From: a virus
Reading direction: 5' to 3' (one strand)
DNA: 64,000 nucleotides
IMG/VR virus record: IMGVR_UViG_3300048672_000512
Location: 32,001-96,000 of that record
Positions 46,559 to 56,320 of the stretch are shown in pieces. Under the pieces are notes generated by a model. That model did not search any database, was not told the DNA's origin, and saw only the letters and a program-made list of their open reading frames with translations. Position 1 is the stretch's first letter, and each line of letters opens with the position of its first letter. The position numbers and the translations under genes were made by a program.

Positions 46559-46930
46559 ATGATCTTTCGTATTGCAACAACAATGTCCACAGAATTGACG
46601 CCTAGCGTAGTCGATCACGACAAGCTTGCGCAGGTGATTAATCAACGTGCATCCGAGCATCTTGGCAACGTTCTAAGTGTAGCTTTCTCAGAAGGCATCA
46701 GAGCAGGTAGCAAACCTGTTGACTTCCTAGAGAAAAGCACGCGCCCTGAGAAGATTGCCGAACAGGTTGCGTTTCTGGTGAACAACGATCTTAGCATCAT
46801 GCTTGACGGCCTGTCTCAGGAGTGGGGTGCTATCGACATGTATGCAACTGTAGAGTTTGAGGATAGCTACACGCTGATTGTTACCTTGAAGCCACGTTGG
46901 TATCATGCGGCTTCAAACGAGGTACATTAA
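46559..46930 (+). CDS. hypothetical protein
   Basis: ATG 46559; 123 aa. Confidence 0.5.
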   Translation: MIFRIATTMSTELTPSVVDHDKLAQVINQRASEHLGNVLSVAFSEGIRAGSKPVDFLEKSTRPEKIAEQVAFLVNNDLSIMLDGLSQEWGAIDMYATVEFEDSYTLIVTLKPRWYHAASNEVH

Positions 46931-47893
46931 GTGCATAACAAAGACCAAGTTGTAAAAACCATTAGCGCGCTGCTTACTCAAATTACGCGACAAGGTACAG
47001 TAGGCCACAAAACGGATTACAAGCGAATCACGCAACTGCGATTCAGTAGTTTTCCGTTTTGTGGCCTATACTGGTTTCTGAAGCTGCCGGAAAGCATTCA
47101 ACCACATACGCGTAAAGACTTTGGTTTTGCTTACTTCACGTCTGTTGGAACAACGGTGCACAACGTGTTTCAGGAAGCAATTCAGTCTATAGTACCTGCA
47201 AACACAAAGCTACTGCATGACTATGTGTGCCGTCGATACGATTGTGGGCACCGACATCGCCTGCGATTCAAAGCACCAAAGGCTTGCACCAAGTGCAAAG
47301 GTAGCATCTTTGAAGCGTCTGAAGTGGAGGTTTCGCTTCAGGGCGCAAAAGGCCATATCGACCAGATTCTTGTGTGGGTTGACAGCGACGGTGAAATGCA
47401 CTTGATCGTGATTGACTACAAGACCACTACGTCTCAGAAAGTCAATTCCAAGAAGGGAATTCCATACAAAGAAAACATATCACAGATCCGAGCATATTGC
47501 GCTGCACTGACAGACGAAGGCTACAGCGTGTCGGCGTTTGTTCTTGTGTACATACCTAGAGACAACCCGTTTGCTCCGTGGCCCTATGTCGAAATGTACA
47601 CCGATGCAATGTACAAGAAAGACATGACGCGCATTAAAGGGTACAGCAAGCAGCATGCTGCTTGGACTTCAGTTGCTTCTGCAAAAGACGCAGTCGCTCT
47701 GCTTTCAACGCGACCCTGCCAAGATCCACTAGATGTCCCGGAAGACTATGCAGACTGCGAGTACTGCAAGCTGTGCACGCTAAGAAACACAGCTAAGATC
47801 AAAGAGAAAATCGCAGATGCAGAGTTGAAACTAAAGGGTTGGTTGCCAATCAATCAGCTCAACGTAAAACTCAAGGAAGGTAAGTTACCATGA
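46931..47893 (+). CDS. Cas4/AddB-like PD-(D/E)XK nuclease
   Basis: GT.VH, GHIDQI...IDYKT, QIRAY; Cys set PFC...C...CEYC; internal C..C zinc finger. Confidence 0.75.
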   Translation: MHNKDQVVKTISALLTQITRQGTVGHKTDYKRITQLRFSSFPFCGLYWFLKLPESIQPHTRKDFGFAYFTSVGTTVHNVFQEAIQSIVPANTKLLHDYVCRRYDCGHRHRLRFKAPKACTKCKGSIFEASEVEVSLQGAKGHIDQILVWVDSDGEMHLIVIDYKTTTSQKVNSKKGIPYKENISQIRAYCAALTDEGYSVSAFVLVYIPRDNPFAPWPYVEMYTDAMYKKDMTRIKGYSKQHAAWTSVASAKDAVALLSTRPCQDPLDVPEDYADCEYCKLCTLRNTAKIKEKIADAELKLKGWLPINQLNVKLKEGKLP

Positions 47894-47958
47894 CGTCCAC
47901 GCATGTGTTAGCTGTAATGCTGCTAGCCACTGCCTGTTGTTTGATTCTGGTTTTGTGA
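47890..47958 (+). CDS. 22-aa hydrophobic microprotein (not in track)
   Basis: ATGA overlap with upstream stop; MTSTHVLAVMLLATACCLILVL. Confidence 0.4.
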   Translation: MTSTHVLAVMLLATACCLILVL

Positions 47959-47990
47959 ATGTTATCTGCAAACTTCATTAGGAGAATTTC

Positions 47991-48269
47991 ATGTATGACT
48001 TTCGTACTGGAGATCCTGTTCTTTTGGTAGGTGGTGACGATCACCCGCCGCTTGCCGCAGAAGGTGAAATCGTCAGACCTACGGATACGTTTGGCTACTG
48101 CGAGGTTTTCTTTCCACGTCATTACCCACCGCCTGAAAACGGTGATGAATCCTGCTTCTGCACTTGGTGCATACCTGTTGAGCACTTGCTGCCACTTCAG
48201 GACATATCAGAACTCGATATGCTTGAAGAACAGAACGCTATAAACCTTATGCTGAAATCCGGACTATGA
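47991..48269 (+). CDS. hypothetical SH3-like protein
   Basis: AGGAG RBS; F..GD.V......G.IV...V.F. Confidence 0.55.
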   Translation: MYDFRTGDPVLLVGGDDHPPLAAEGEIVRPTDTFGYCEVFFPRHYPPPENGDESCFCTWCIPVEHLLPLQDISELDMLEEQNAINLMLKSGL

Positions 48270-48568
48270 ATGAACTTACTGTATCAATTGTTGACGTGTT
48301 GTTTCTTATCTGCCTAGGTGTTCTTGCAGGATACACCCTTCGCCATCTGGTTGCTCTGAGCGACAAGAAGTGGGAACGCGAGCAACGCGCAATGAAGAAA
48401 AAACTAGATAGCGCTATCGATGCAGCCTTGGAGTTATCTGTGCTTCCAACAATACGTATGGAAGTGCAAGAGAAAGCCAAGCTTGTAGCGCGCTGTGAGG
48501 CTGTACAAACACCGGTTCAAGCTTACGTTAGAGAATTGATTCTGAAAGACCTGGAGAACAAGCAATGA
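48266..48568 (+). CDS. membrane-anchored coiled-coil protein
   Basis: N-terminal TM helix; ATGA overlaps. Confidence 0.55.
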   Translation: MNELTVSIVDVLFLICLGVLAGYTLRHLVALSDKKWEREQRAMKKKLDSAIDAALELSVLPTIRMEVQEKAKLVARCEAVQTPVQAYVRELILKDLENKQ

Positions 48569-48792
48569 GCAACAAAGTCGTACACGTTGATTTCAAACAC
48601 AGGCTGTTGCTAAAGGCAGCCACTGAGCTAGCTAGGCAGATAGACCCAAAGAAGGTAGCGTCACGGTTTGACCTGTTCACCTTTGATTCAATTGTTGAAG
48701 ACGTAGCGAAGGATGCTGCAGTAGCCGCCCAACGCAGCGAGCAAGAAGCCTTGCGCAGTATTCTGGATCGAGCAGATAAACTGGACTGGTAA
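48565..48792 (+). CDS. hypothetical protein
   Basis: ATGA overlap; GGAG RBS. Confidence 0.55.
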   Translation: MSNKVVHVDFKHRLLLKAATELARQIDPKKVASRFDLFTFDSIVEDVAKDAAVAAQRSEQEALRSILDRADKLDW

Positions 48793-48798
48793 CTGCAG

Positions 48799-49701
48799 AT
48801 GGAAATCGGAGTATTCTGCGATGGCAACTGGTTACTGTATCGAGCGTACTCCGTTGTAAAAGACAGTCCGCAATATAAGACCAAGACAGCGCTACAGGTT
48901 CTGTCTTGGTTTGTCGAGTACAGCATACGGTTGCGAGCTACCCACGGGGCTTTGTGTTTTGACGGTGCTAAGAACTTTCGAGTTCAGATATATCCGGAAT
49001 ACAAAGCCAATCGTTCCGACAAGGAAAAACATTCGCGCACGTCAGACGCAAGCCTCAACAAGGATGCAGTGTACGAGTGTCTACCTGTTACGCAAAAGCT
49101 ATTTCAAGAAGTAGGTCTGCCTTGTTTTCAGGTTGATGATCTGGAAGCAGATGACCTTCTAGCAGCTGGTGCGTTTCGGTTCACACGCACAAACGAAAAG
49201 CAGTATCGAAAAGATCGCAAGGCTTTCATAGGCACGCTTGATAAAGACTTGCTGCAGTGCGTAGACAAGCAGGTTTGCGTATGGAATCCAGAAACCTTTA
49301 ACCGACCTGAAACCACCTACGATATTGCACGCGTTTGCCTGGAAAGGGGGCTGACACCAAAGCAGTTTCGAGACTTTCAGATTCTCATAGGTGACAAGCA
49401 AGACAACGTGCCAGCGTTAATGAGCGATGGAAAAGCAAAGAAGCTTGTGAAGGCACACGGTAGCTTGAAAGGTTACCTTGCTACAGAGGAAGGGGCTGCA
49501 TTCTTTGAAGAGCGAAAGCACGACCTCTTGCGAAACAAGCAACTCATAACAATGAGAAGGCTAGCTTGGCATCCTGACACCGATTCGCTGAAGCTACAGA
49601 TCAACCCATCATACAAGAAGGTTTGCGCAGACTATGGACAGACTCCAAGCGTATTACAAGCAGCAAGAATGCAGTGGTCAACCACAAAGCGTCTCTTCTG
49701 A
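48799..49701 (+). CDS. 5'-3' exonuclease / flap endonuclease (PolI N-terminal / T4 RNase H-like)
   Basis: DGN..LYRAY, FDG..NFR..IYP.YKANR, EADD, DKD..Q, L.GD..DNVP. Confidence 0.88.
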   Translation: MEIGVFCDGNWLLYRAYSVVKDSPQYKTKTALQVLSWFVEYSIRLRATHGALCFDGAKNFRVQIYPEYKANRSDKEKHSRTSDASLNKDAVYECLPVTQKLFQEVGLPCFQVDDLEADDLLAAGAFRFTRTNEKQYRKDRKAFIGTLDKDLLQCVDKQVCVWNPETFNRPETTYDIARVCLERGLTPKQFRDFQILIGDKQDNVPALMSDGKAKKLVKAHGSLKGYLATEEGAAFFEERKHDLLRNKQLITMRRLAWHPDTDSLKLQINPSYKKVCADYGQTPSVLQAARMQWSTTKRLF

Positions 49702-49711
49702 GACTACGCAT

Positions 49712-50038
49712 TTGTTTTTGAAGGAAGTTGACGTAAGAAAGCTCCCTGAACCGGTTGTTGAAACAGTAACTATAGGCAACACAGCAAAGGTGAAAGTTGC
49801 CTCAATTGCTGGAATTATTCCAGTGTACGCATACGTTCAGACCTCCGGCGGAATGACGGTTACGGGTAGGCATTACTGGACAGACCTCGTGTTTACCAGC
49901 ACTGACGTAACTAAGGACTTGCTTGGCGCGCACGTAAAAATCTCTATCGAGAACTCCAAGGCTACTTACGAAGGCTTGTTAACAGAACACTGCGCCGACG
50001 AGTACACTGCTAAAATCGATATCGCATATCTCAAATGA
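49712..50038 (+). CDS. hypothetical protein (start uncertain)
   Basis: Track ORF 49634..50038; TTG 49712 is the first plausible start after the exonuclease stop. Confidence 0.45.
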   Translation: MFLKEVDVRKLPEPVVETVTIGNTAKVKVASIAGIIPVYAYVQTSGGMTVTGRHYWTDLVFTSTDVTKDLLGAHVKISIENSKATYEGLLTEHCADEYTAKIDIAYLK

Positions 50039-50250
50039 ACTGGCAACAAGCTGTAAACTGGATGAAGCTTGGTTCCAGCGTCAAGCGCGAGTCTGCAAAT
50101 ACTGACGGTGTTCCTTGTGAACCTTGCTGCTTGATGTGGGCCTGGACGCCAGAGAATCAGATTGTCAGAGTGTTCATCGGCAAGGAAAGCAAAGAGTTGT
50201 TCGTCCCAACTACCGAGGACGAGTCTGCTACCGACTGGGTAGTTTGTTAA
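50035..50250 (+). CDS. DUF2829 / Tad2-like anti-defence sponge candidate
   Basis: MNWQQAVNWMKLG..V.R...FVPT.ED..ATDW.V matches the DUF2829 pattern. Confidence 0.6.
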   Translation: MNWQQAVNWMKLGSSVKRESANTDGVPCEPCCLMWAWTPENQIVRVFIGKESKELFVPTTEDESATDWVVC

Positions 50251-50266
50251 TAAAGGAAAGAACCAA

Positions 50267-50599
50267 ATGCCTACAAAGCAACTGAAAAAGCGCACAGAGG
50301 CCGGCGTCGTAGAAAAGTCTTCAGAAGCTCCTGAAACAAAGGCTGAACCAGAACGTAATCCGGATAACCTCTATACTATTCTAGAGCAGTTATCATTGAA
50401 CCTTGATAACTTAACTTCAGATGTAGACCTTTTGTACTCTAGACTGTACCCTGTCGTTGAGCAGATTCCTATGCTAGCTGTTCCGGAAGATCAAGGAAGA
50501 GGCGACTGCAAACTAGCCAGGGACTTATCAGAGCAGGTTCTTAAATTGCTCAAATTGGGCCGCTTGGTTGCTGATATGCATCGAGCACTACGCGTATAG
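50267..50599 (+). CDS. hypothetical coiled-coil protein
   Basis: AAGGA RBS; last gene of the + block. Confidence 0.55.
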   Translation: MPTKQLKKRTEAGVVEKSSEAPETKAEPERNPDNLYTILEQLSLNLDNLTSDVDLLYSRLYPVVEQIPMLAVPEDQGRGDCKLARDLSEQVLKLLKLGRLVADMHRALRV

Positions 50600-50624
50600 C
50601 ACCTAAAACAGCCAACTAAACAAA

Positions 50625-50788
50625 CCCCTGAAAACTGCGTGTTTTCAGGGGTTTTTCGCTTCTGCACCCAGATACACGTCTCGGCCCGGAAACCCCTGTT
50701 TCCTGCTGTTTTTTCATTACGAAAACGATCGGAAACAGGCACTAGGAGACTGGAAGCGTGCTTCGGAAACCATAGATTTCAGCCAAAA
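50625..50788 (-). repeat. non-coding inverted repeat, copy B
   Basis: Exact reverse-complement arms to 8756-8796 and 8853-8898. Confidence 0.95.
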
Positions 50789-50789
50789 G

Positions 50790-50824
50790 AAAAGCCCCGC
50801 AACCACAAGGTCCGGGGCTTTTTT
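50790..50824 (-). terminator. terminator (likely bidirectional), part of repeat copy B
   Basis: AAAAGCCCCG...CGGGGCTTTTTT. Confidence 0.85.
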
Positions 50825-50842
50825 ACGTCTGTACTTGCGCCG

Positions 50843-52459
50843 TCAATCGTCGTTAGCAACGTGACCGTTGAAACCACCTGCGGTGAAGATACTGACTTCT
50901 GTAGGAGACGATCCAACAACCGCCAACACGTTTACGCTCGGAGACACGTTGTTAGCCGCAGCTGCAGAGTCTAGCTTTGTTGAACTCGGAGCTACGCTGA
51001 AGGTTGAACCAAACTTCATGTTATTAGCCATGACTTTCGGATACACCGTCTGAACGTACACATACCAATACGGGTTACCGTCAGCGCCGTAGGTGGAAAC
51101 CTTCTCATAGACGTGAACACCACCAGCTTGAAGGTAGCGTATGCTTGTCTTGCCTTCGTTTCCGTAGGTGTGGCGGTTTGGCTCTGCAACAAGCAACAAG
51201 CCACCGTCCTTGCTCATTGTCATTGACGCAGCAAAATTCCCGAAAGTGCTTGGAGAGTCGTAGGGTGGACCGAACGTCTGCAATGCACCCCATGCAGTTC
51301 CATTCCAACTATAAACATGGATAATGGTTGGCTGCGTTGTACCTGAGTAGGTAGTGTTAGCTACTGCTAGATAGTTGCTTGAAACGCAAACATTGCTAGC
51401 TACACCCGGCGGCGGCATGGAGATAAATTCGTAGCCGTATCCAGTTCCTGTGTTGTTTGCAGAAGAAAAGTTTACAGCTACAGCGTTTGAGGTTCCGCTT
51501 GTTGCTAAGAACAGCGTGTCGGTGCTGCTTGTGTCCATTGTTGCGTTTGTAGACAAATGCAAACCCATGTTTGAAGCAGAGCTGCGCCACGTCACCGGAT
51601 ACAGAGAGTTTGGATCTCCCATTATCAGTCCAGTTCCTATAACACCCGTGATAGCTCCATCGTTGAAGCCTACTATGAAAGTATTTGACGTGTCATGGAA
51701 ATACTGAAGTTCTCCACTACTGTTGACTTCAAAGCAGGTGACGCCACCAGAAAGTGTACTGAAGTATCTTTTATACGGCATCCCTGTAGCTACGTAAACG
51801 CGCGTAGCTTCCGCTGTAGAATTCAAAACAAGGAACTTTACCGTGTACCCTATCTTCGCATCGCTTAGGTTGCAGTAGGAAAGAAGGTTATTCAACAGGC
51901 ATACATCTACGAAAGCGTCTATGCCACCTCCTATGTTCGATACAGTAGCATCATGTGCAGCCGAGATTAGAGTTGCAGGTCCATAGTTATCCACTATTCT
52001 ATAGACCGTCACTGCACCAAGAATGCGGCTTGCATCGCGTATAGCAGTAGACCTGTCATTCAAACGCAGCTTTGGGCAATCAGGATATCCAACAGCTAAC
52101 ATAGCACCCGAGAAGCTGCTAGCGCGCAGATAATCGAAATCGCTTATAGCACCATACCCGGCGGCTGCAGTGACTACAGGAACATCCAAGTACAGAGAAT
52201 ACGTGTCATCAGGGTTACGCTTGTGCCACCAGATAGTATCGAGAGCACCGCTCTTTCTGAGAAGAACAAACAGGTTGCCGTCGTCTGTCAGCAGAGTTTT
52301 GACAACGCTGTACCCTTCTGCTACGTTTATAGTAGCACGCAGACGTCCAAGTGCAGGTATGTCATCTTCCTTGATTTCAACGTTTGCATTTGGAGGTAGA
52401 GAAAAACCAAACATGTTGTCCTTTCCGGCTTGGCGAGTACTCGCCAAGCCGCTGTTCAA
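50843..52459 (-). CDS. beta-propeller (FG-GAP-like) tail/baseplate protein
   Basis: Repeated LAVG.P, FG..FA.S......LLVAEP, AGGVHVY motifs; downstream of tail fibres. Confidence 0.6.
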   Translation of the reverse strand: MNSGLASTRQAGKDNMFGFSLPPNANVEIKEDDIPALGRLRATINVAEGYSVVKTLLTDDGNLFVLLRKSGALDTIWWHKRNPDDTYSLYLDVPVVTAAAGYGAISDFDYLRASSFSGAMLAVGYPDCPKLRLNDRSTAIRDASRILGAVTVYRIVDNYGPATLISAAHDATVSNIGGGIDAFVDVCLLNNLLSYCNLSDAKIGYTVKFLVLNSTAEATRVYVATGMPYKRYFSTLSGGVTCFEVNSSGELQYFHDTSNTFIVGFNDGAITGVIGTGLIMGDPNSLYPVTWRSSASNMGLHLSTNATMDTSSTDTLFLATSGTSNAVAVNFSSANNTGTGYGYEFISMPPPGVASNVCVSSNYLAVANTTYSGTTQPTIIHVYSWNGTAWGALQTFGPPYDSPSTFGNFAASMTMSKDGGLLLVAEPNRHTYGNEGKTSIRYLQAGGVHVYEKVSTYGADGNPYWYVYVQTVYPKVMANNMKFGSTFSVAPSSTKLDSAAAANNVSPSVNVLAVVGSSPTEVSIFTAGGFNGHVANDD

Positions 52460-52462
52460 ATG

Positions 52463-55400
52463 TTAATAACCGCTAAGAGACGTCCAGTAACCCTGATGCG
52501 TACTCAAGCCTTCGTGATACGTTATCTGAAGGTAACCAGTCATCCCTGCAGCGTATGGCGGCAGCCCCGCTACATACGGACCCGCAGCCACGGTAAACCA
52601 ACCGCCTACAGGCTGCTGAAACCGCACGGTTATGAACTGCCCAGGGTTCCAGTTGTAGACAGTAAACGTGGTTACGTTAGCTGTCAACTCGGTAACAAAG
52701 AAGACGTTAGACCTGGAAGCGTCTATTGACAAAACTCCTGCAACTGGAGTAGCAAGAACCGGCTCTGTAGTAAACCCAGTCTTCAGTGTCGAGCCACCGT
52801 TGGAAATGACAAGAGTGTCTTCCTTGACCTGAACACTATCCACACTGTTTGTTGTAGCAATTACAACCTTGGTGGTGAACGTGTCTGTTGCGGAATCATA
52901 GTTTCGTACCTCAGACCGAATTGTAGATCCTTCGTACACGCTAGTTCCGTCAGTGTCACCGATGAAACCGATGTGTCCTATGTGGTCGCCAGCTTGCACG
53001 CGAACACGTGTTCCTACCGCCGTTCCACGAGAACGAAACAGGTTAACGCTACCTGCAGAGGTTGCAGTCGTTCCCCAGTATCCGGTAACAGAGCTTGCAT
53101 CAGCTGCAGTCGTCATGTGCTGTTGCAGACGGAAGTTGATACCTCCATCAAAAACAGTACCGTGATCAGACACCAGAAGCTTGCCAGCTCTTGATGCTGC
53201 AGCAACTACGCCGCCGGAAACCAGCGACAACTTTGCAGTGTCAGTAGTTCCTACTTGAAGGTCTGTTGCAGAGCTTGTAAGCACGTTTGCAGTATCGGCA
53301 GCTTCTATTCCAGAAGAGTATCCAGAATTTCCAAGACTGACTCGCAGCGTCTTGCCAGTGTCAGACACTAGGCTAAGTTGCTGGTTTGCTGTAGCTGATG
53401 TGCTCTTTAGGTAAAGCGTTGTAGCTGCAACATCGCAGGCAAGAGTAGCGGTATCCGAGAGTTCAAGACGTGTGCCGTTCGCTGCTGGATCGCCACTAAG
53501 GCTCAGATAGGTGGTAGAGGAGCCGTCTGTTTTCAGAAGAACATTAGCTACGCTTGTGCTGTTTCCAGACACGTTAAAGCGAAGACCGCCCTGCGTATTA
53601 GGCCCGGCGGCTGTTGTACTTATGGTTGCATATTGCGAGTTTTGCTCCCACACTTTCTTGGGTGTACTTGAGCCAATTGCAGTGACATAGGTTCTAAGCA
53701 GCGTAGGCGTGGAAGACAAAGACCAGACTGCTTCTGCTACGGCTTCTGTATAGGCAGAAATCGCAGAGTGTGCAGTGGAGTTGTCGCCACCAAAGCGCAC
53801 ACCACCTAGTACGTCTCCAGTCTGCACTGGAGCATAAGTGCTAGCTGCAATTTGCGCCGGCGTTGCTCTGCTGCTGCTCAGGATAAGACTAGCACCCGAC
53901 GTCGTACCTGTTGGAATGCTATGTGCAAACACAAGCGTACTTGCATCGCTACCCGAAACTTGCAGCGTTGCCTCAGTCGGAGTTGAAATCGCAGGTACTT
54001 GAACCGTTCCCGTGGGCTTGCTGACTCGCGTATTGGTGCTGATTGCAAAGTTCAAACTGTTGCCAGTGAGGTACTTTGTAGTAGCGTTGTAGGACAGAAT
54101 GTCATTTGCGCCTGCAGATATAACTACGTTTGCCGTGTTACCGACGCTCGATCCAAACCGAACAGAGTCGTCAGAGTCTAGGCGCAAGCCACCTTTCAGA
54201 ACGTTGTTGCGAAGCAGCTCATAAGCCGCTGTGGAACTAGCAACGCTACTAGAGTCCAAGGAGAACGCACGTGTCGTTCCCCACTGCCCAGGGAAGTTAG
54301 TACCGATGCCTATGTTGCCAGAAGTGAAATTCAGGTTATTTGGAAGGGCAACTGACTTTGCTTTTATGGTTACCGTGTCCGAAGCGCTGTCCCCAAGCGT
54401 GGTGTTTCCATTTACACTGAGGTTTCCGCTTACCGTCAGATCGTTTCCGCTAAAGAACTGAGTCAGCGGATGCCATCCTGTACCATCGTACACGTAGGGT
54501 ATGTAGGAGATACCGTCATTCGTGTCAAAGTACAGCGAAGGGTTTGTACTCGTCACACCAAGAACAGGAGCACCAGCGCCGAATTGCACCACCGGACCTA
54601 CTATCTTGTTCCAAGCAGCACCACTGTACACGTATAGCGTGTACGGTGTAGTGCTTGTGTTGAAATAGATAGCAGGAGAAGTCGGTGTCGTACCAAGGAC
54701 GGGAGCCCCCAGGCTGAACTGGCAGGACGGATATGTAACCTGAGTCCACGCGCTGTTGTAAACGTACAGAGAGTAGGGAGAAACGCTGGTATCCAGATAG
54801 GCAGAAGGTTCTACCGGAGTACCTACGTCAGGAGCACCAGCGCCGAATTGCACCGCCTGAGAGACAAACTTCTTCCACACGCCAGCGTTGTTAATCCAAG
54901 CCTGATACGGATTCACTGCTGTATTGAAATACAGTCTTGGATTCGTAGGCGTCGCTCCGGATGGATTGCCAGATCCGAACTGCACAGTCTTTGCTACGTT
55001 GTAAACTACATAGCTGACAGCAGTTTGCAGAGCGTTAGCTGCCCCTGCATTATTAAGGGCTTCAACAAGACCCAGAGGTGTTGTTACCAGGGAGCTTGAA
55101 CTTCCTGTTCCCGTCTGAGTAGAACTGGCCAGTAGCACGTCACCCGAAGTGGATGTAGTAGCAGTCGGATAACCAGTTATAAGCAGGCCTGACAGAAACG
55201 TGTAAGCAGCTTGCGTAAGGTGATAGTATTCGCCTGCTGTTCCACCTTGAAGACCACCAAGCGAACTATGTTGCTTTGTAGCAAGGACGGAATTAAGAAA
55301 ACCCTTGGTAGCAGCATCCGTATCAAGCAGAGGATCCGCAACGTCAGTAAGTCGGTGTCCTCCTATGTCCAAGTCTCCGGTTGCTGGAGACGTGCCATCC

Positions 55401-56311
55401 TTTCGCAGCATTGCGCTGGCAGGGTTTGCAATCAACTCATTGATCATCGAGGCTGTAAGCCCTGAATCCAATCCATGAAGAAGATTTGCAATGAATGGCG
55501 TAAGCTCTGACTTCTTTAGAACCTGAAACGTGGTTCCAACCGGCGGATTACTACCAAACGGCGTAAAGAACTGGTAAGTCTGAGTTAGCGTGTCGTATGA
55601 GGAAACAACACGCACGACACCAGTGTTCAAGCCAGAGGTGAACTGCACCACAAGTTCACCGGAGAACCCAGGAGCTACTGCTGGATCCAGAGTCGTTATG
55701 GAGTACGCCGTAGCACTCGAAACTTCTCCAAGGTGAATCTGATCTTGGTAGCCAACAACAGTCCAAAGAGTGTCATTGGAAACAGCTACTACGGAATTCT
55801 GACCGTCAGGTGCTGCCGTTGTGTAGATGTTAGGCCTAGCGTCTACAGCACGCGGCAGCTGATCCAGAGAGGCAAGAGCCGGAACTGACATTGCAAAGTC
55901 AGAGTTTCCAAGTTCTGCGTACACTTGAAACAGCATGCCTACCGTTGACACATAACAGTCAATAGCGAACGCGTTACCTTGAACAAGACTTGTCTTCTTG
56001 ATCTTGGAAATGCTTGTGCTATTCACGCCTAGTGCGAACAGAACATTGCCTGGCAGGTACAGGCCTACTTCAGAGAAATTGAAGTCTCCAACGGAGTAGT
56101 CCATGTACAGAGTGTACTTGAGAAGATTATTCTCAACCACAACTGGAGCGGACGGTACGCCGTTGTACAGGAGGTTTCCGTGAATGTCTGTATCACTAGC
56201 CCCCGGAACGTATCCAAGACCGTCGCCAATACGAAACAGCGACAGAACTGGAGGGAGGCTTGGATTCAGAGTGAGGTAGTCATTACCTTCTGTGGTAAGT
56301 TGAAAATACAT
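52463..56311 (-). CDS. long tail fibre protein
   Basis: Baseplate-attachment N-domain (F.EVGLY....LFA.G), DAATKGF stalk motif, four ~44-aa repeats, G/S/T-rich. Confidence 0.8.
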   Translation of the reverse strand: MYFQLTTEGNDYLTLNPSLPPVLSLFRIGDGLGYVPGASDTDIHGNLLYNGVPSAPVVVENNLLKYTLYMDYSVGDFNFSEVGLYLPGNVLFALGVNSTSISKIKKTSLVQGNAFAIDCYVSTVGMLFQVYAELGNSDFAMSVPALASLDQLPRAVDARPNIYTTAAPDGQNSVVAVSNDTLWTVVGYQDQIHLGEVSSATAYSITTLDPAVAPGFSGELVVQFTSGLNTGVVRVVSSYDTLTQTYQFFTPFGSNPPVGTTFQVLKKSELTPFIANLLHGLDSGLTASMINELIANPASAMLRKDGTSPATGDLDIGGHRLTDVADPLLDTDAATKGFLNSVLATKQHSSLGGLQGGTAGEYYHLTQAAYTFLSGLLITGYPTATTSTSGDVLLASSTQTGTGSSSSLVTTPLGLVEALNNAGAANALQTAVSYVVYNVAKTVQFGSGNPSGATPTNPRLYFNTAVNPYQAWINNAGVWKKFVSQAVQFGAGAPDVGTPVEPSAYLDTSVSPYSLYVYNSAWTQVTYPSCQFSLGAPVLGTTPTSPAIYFNTSTTPYTLYVYSGAAWNKIVGPVVQFGAGAPVLGVTSTNPSLYFDTNDGISYIPYVYDGTGWHPLTQFFSGNDLTVSGNLSVNGNTTLGDSASDTVTIKAKSVALPNNLNFTSGNIGIGTNFPGQWGTTRAFSLDSSSVASSTAAYELLRNNVLKGGLRLDSDDSVRFGSSVGNTANVVISAGANDILSYNATTKYLTGNSLNFAISTNTRVSKPTGTVQVPAISTPTEATLQVSGSDASTLVFAHSIPTGTTSGASLILSSSRATPAQIAASTYAPVQTGDVLGGVRFGGDNSTAHSAISAYTEAVAEAVWSLSSTPTLLRTYVTAIGSSTPKKVWEQNSQYATISTTAAGPNTQGGLRFNVSGNSTSVANVLLKTDGSSTTYLSLSGDPAANGTRLELSDTATLACDVAATTLYLKSTSATANQQLSLVSDTGKTLRVSLGNSGYSSGIEAADTANVLTSSATDLQVGTTDTAKLSLVSGGVVAAASRAGKLLVSDHGTVFDGGINFRLQQHMTTAADASSVTGYWGTTATSAGSVNLFRSRGTAVGTRVRVQAGDHIGHIGFIGDTDGTSVYEGSTIRSEVRNYDSATDTFTTKVVIATTNSVDSVQVKEDTLVISNGGSTLKTGFTTEPVLATPVAGVLSIDASRSNVFFVTELTANVTTFTVYNWNPGQFITVRFQQPVGGWFTVAAGPYVAGLPPYAAGMTGYLQITYHEGLSTHQGYWTSLSGY
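54460..54990 (-). repeat. four degenerate ~132-nt (44-aa) coding repeats in tail fibre
   Basis: VQFG.G.P...P..YF.T...PY..YVY....W x4; identical 26-mer at 54565-54590 and 54829-54854. Confidence 0.8.
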
Positions 56312-56320
56312 GTGCGTCCT

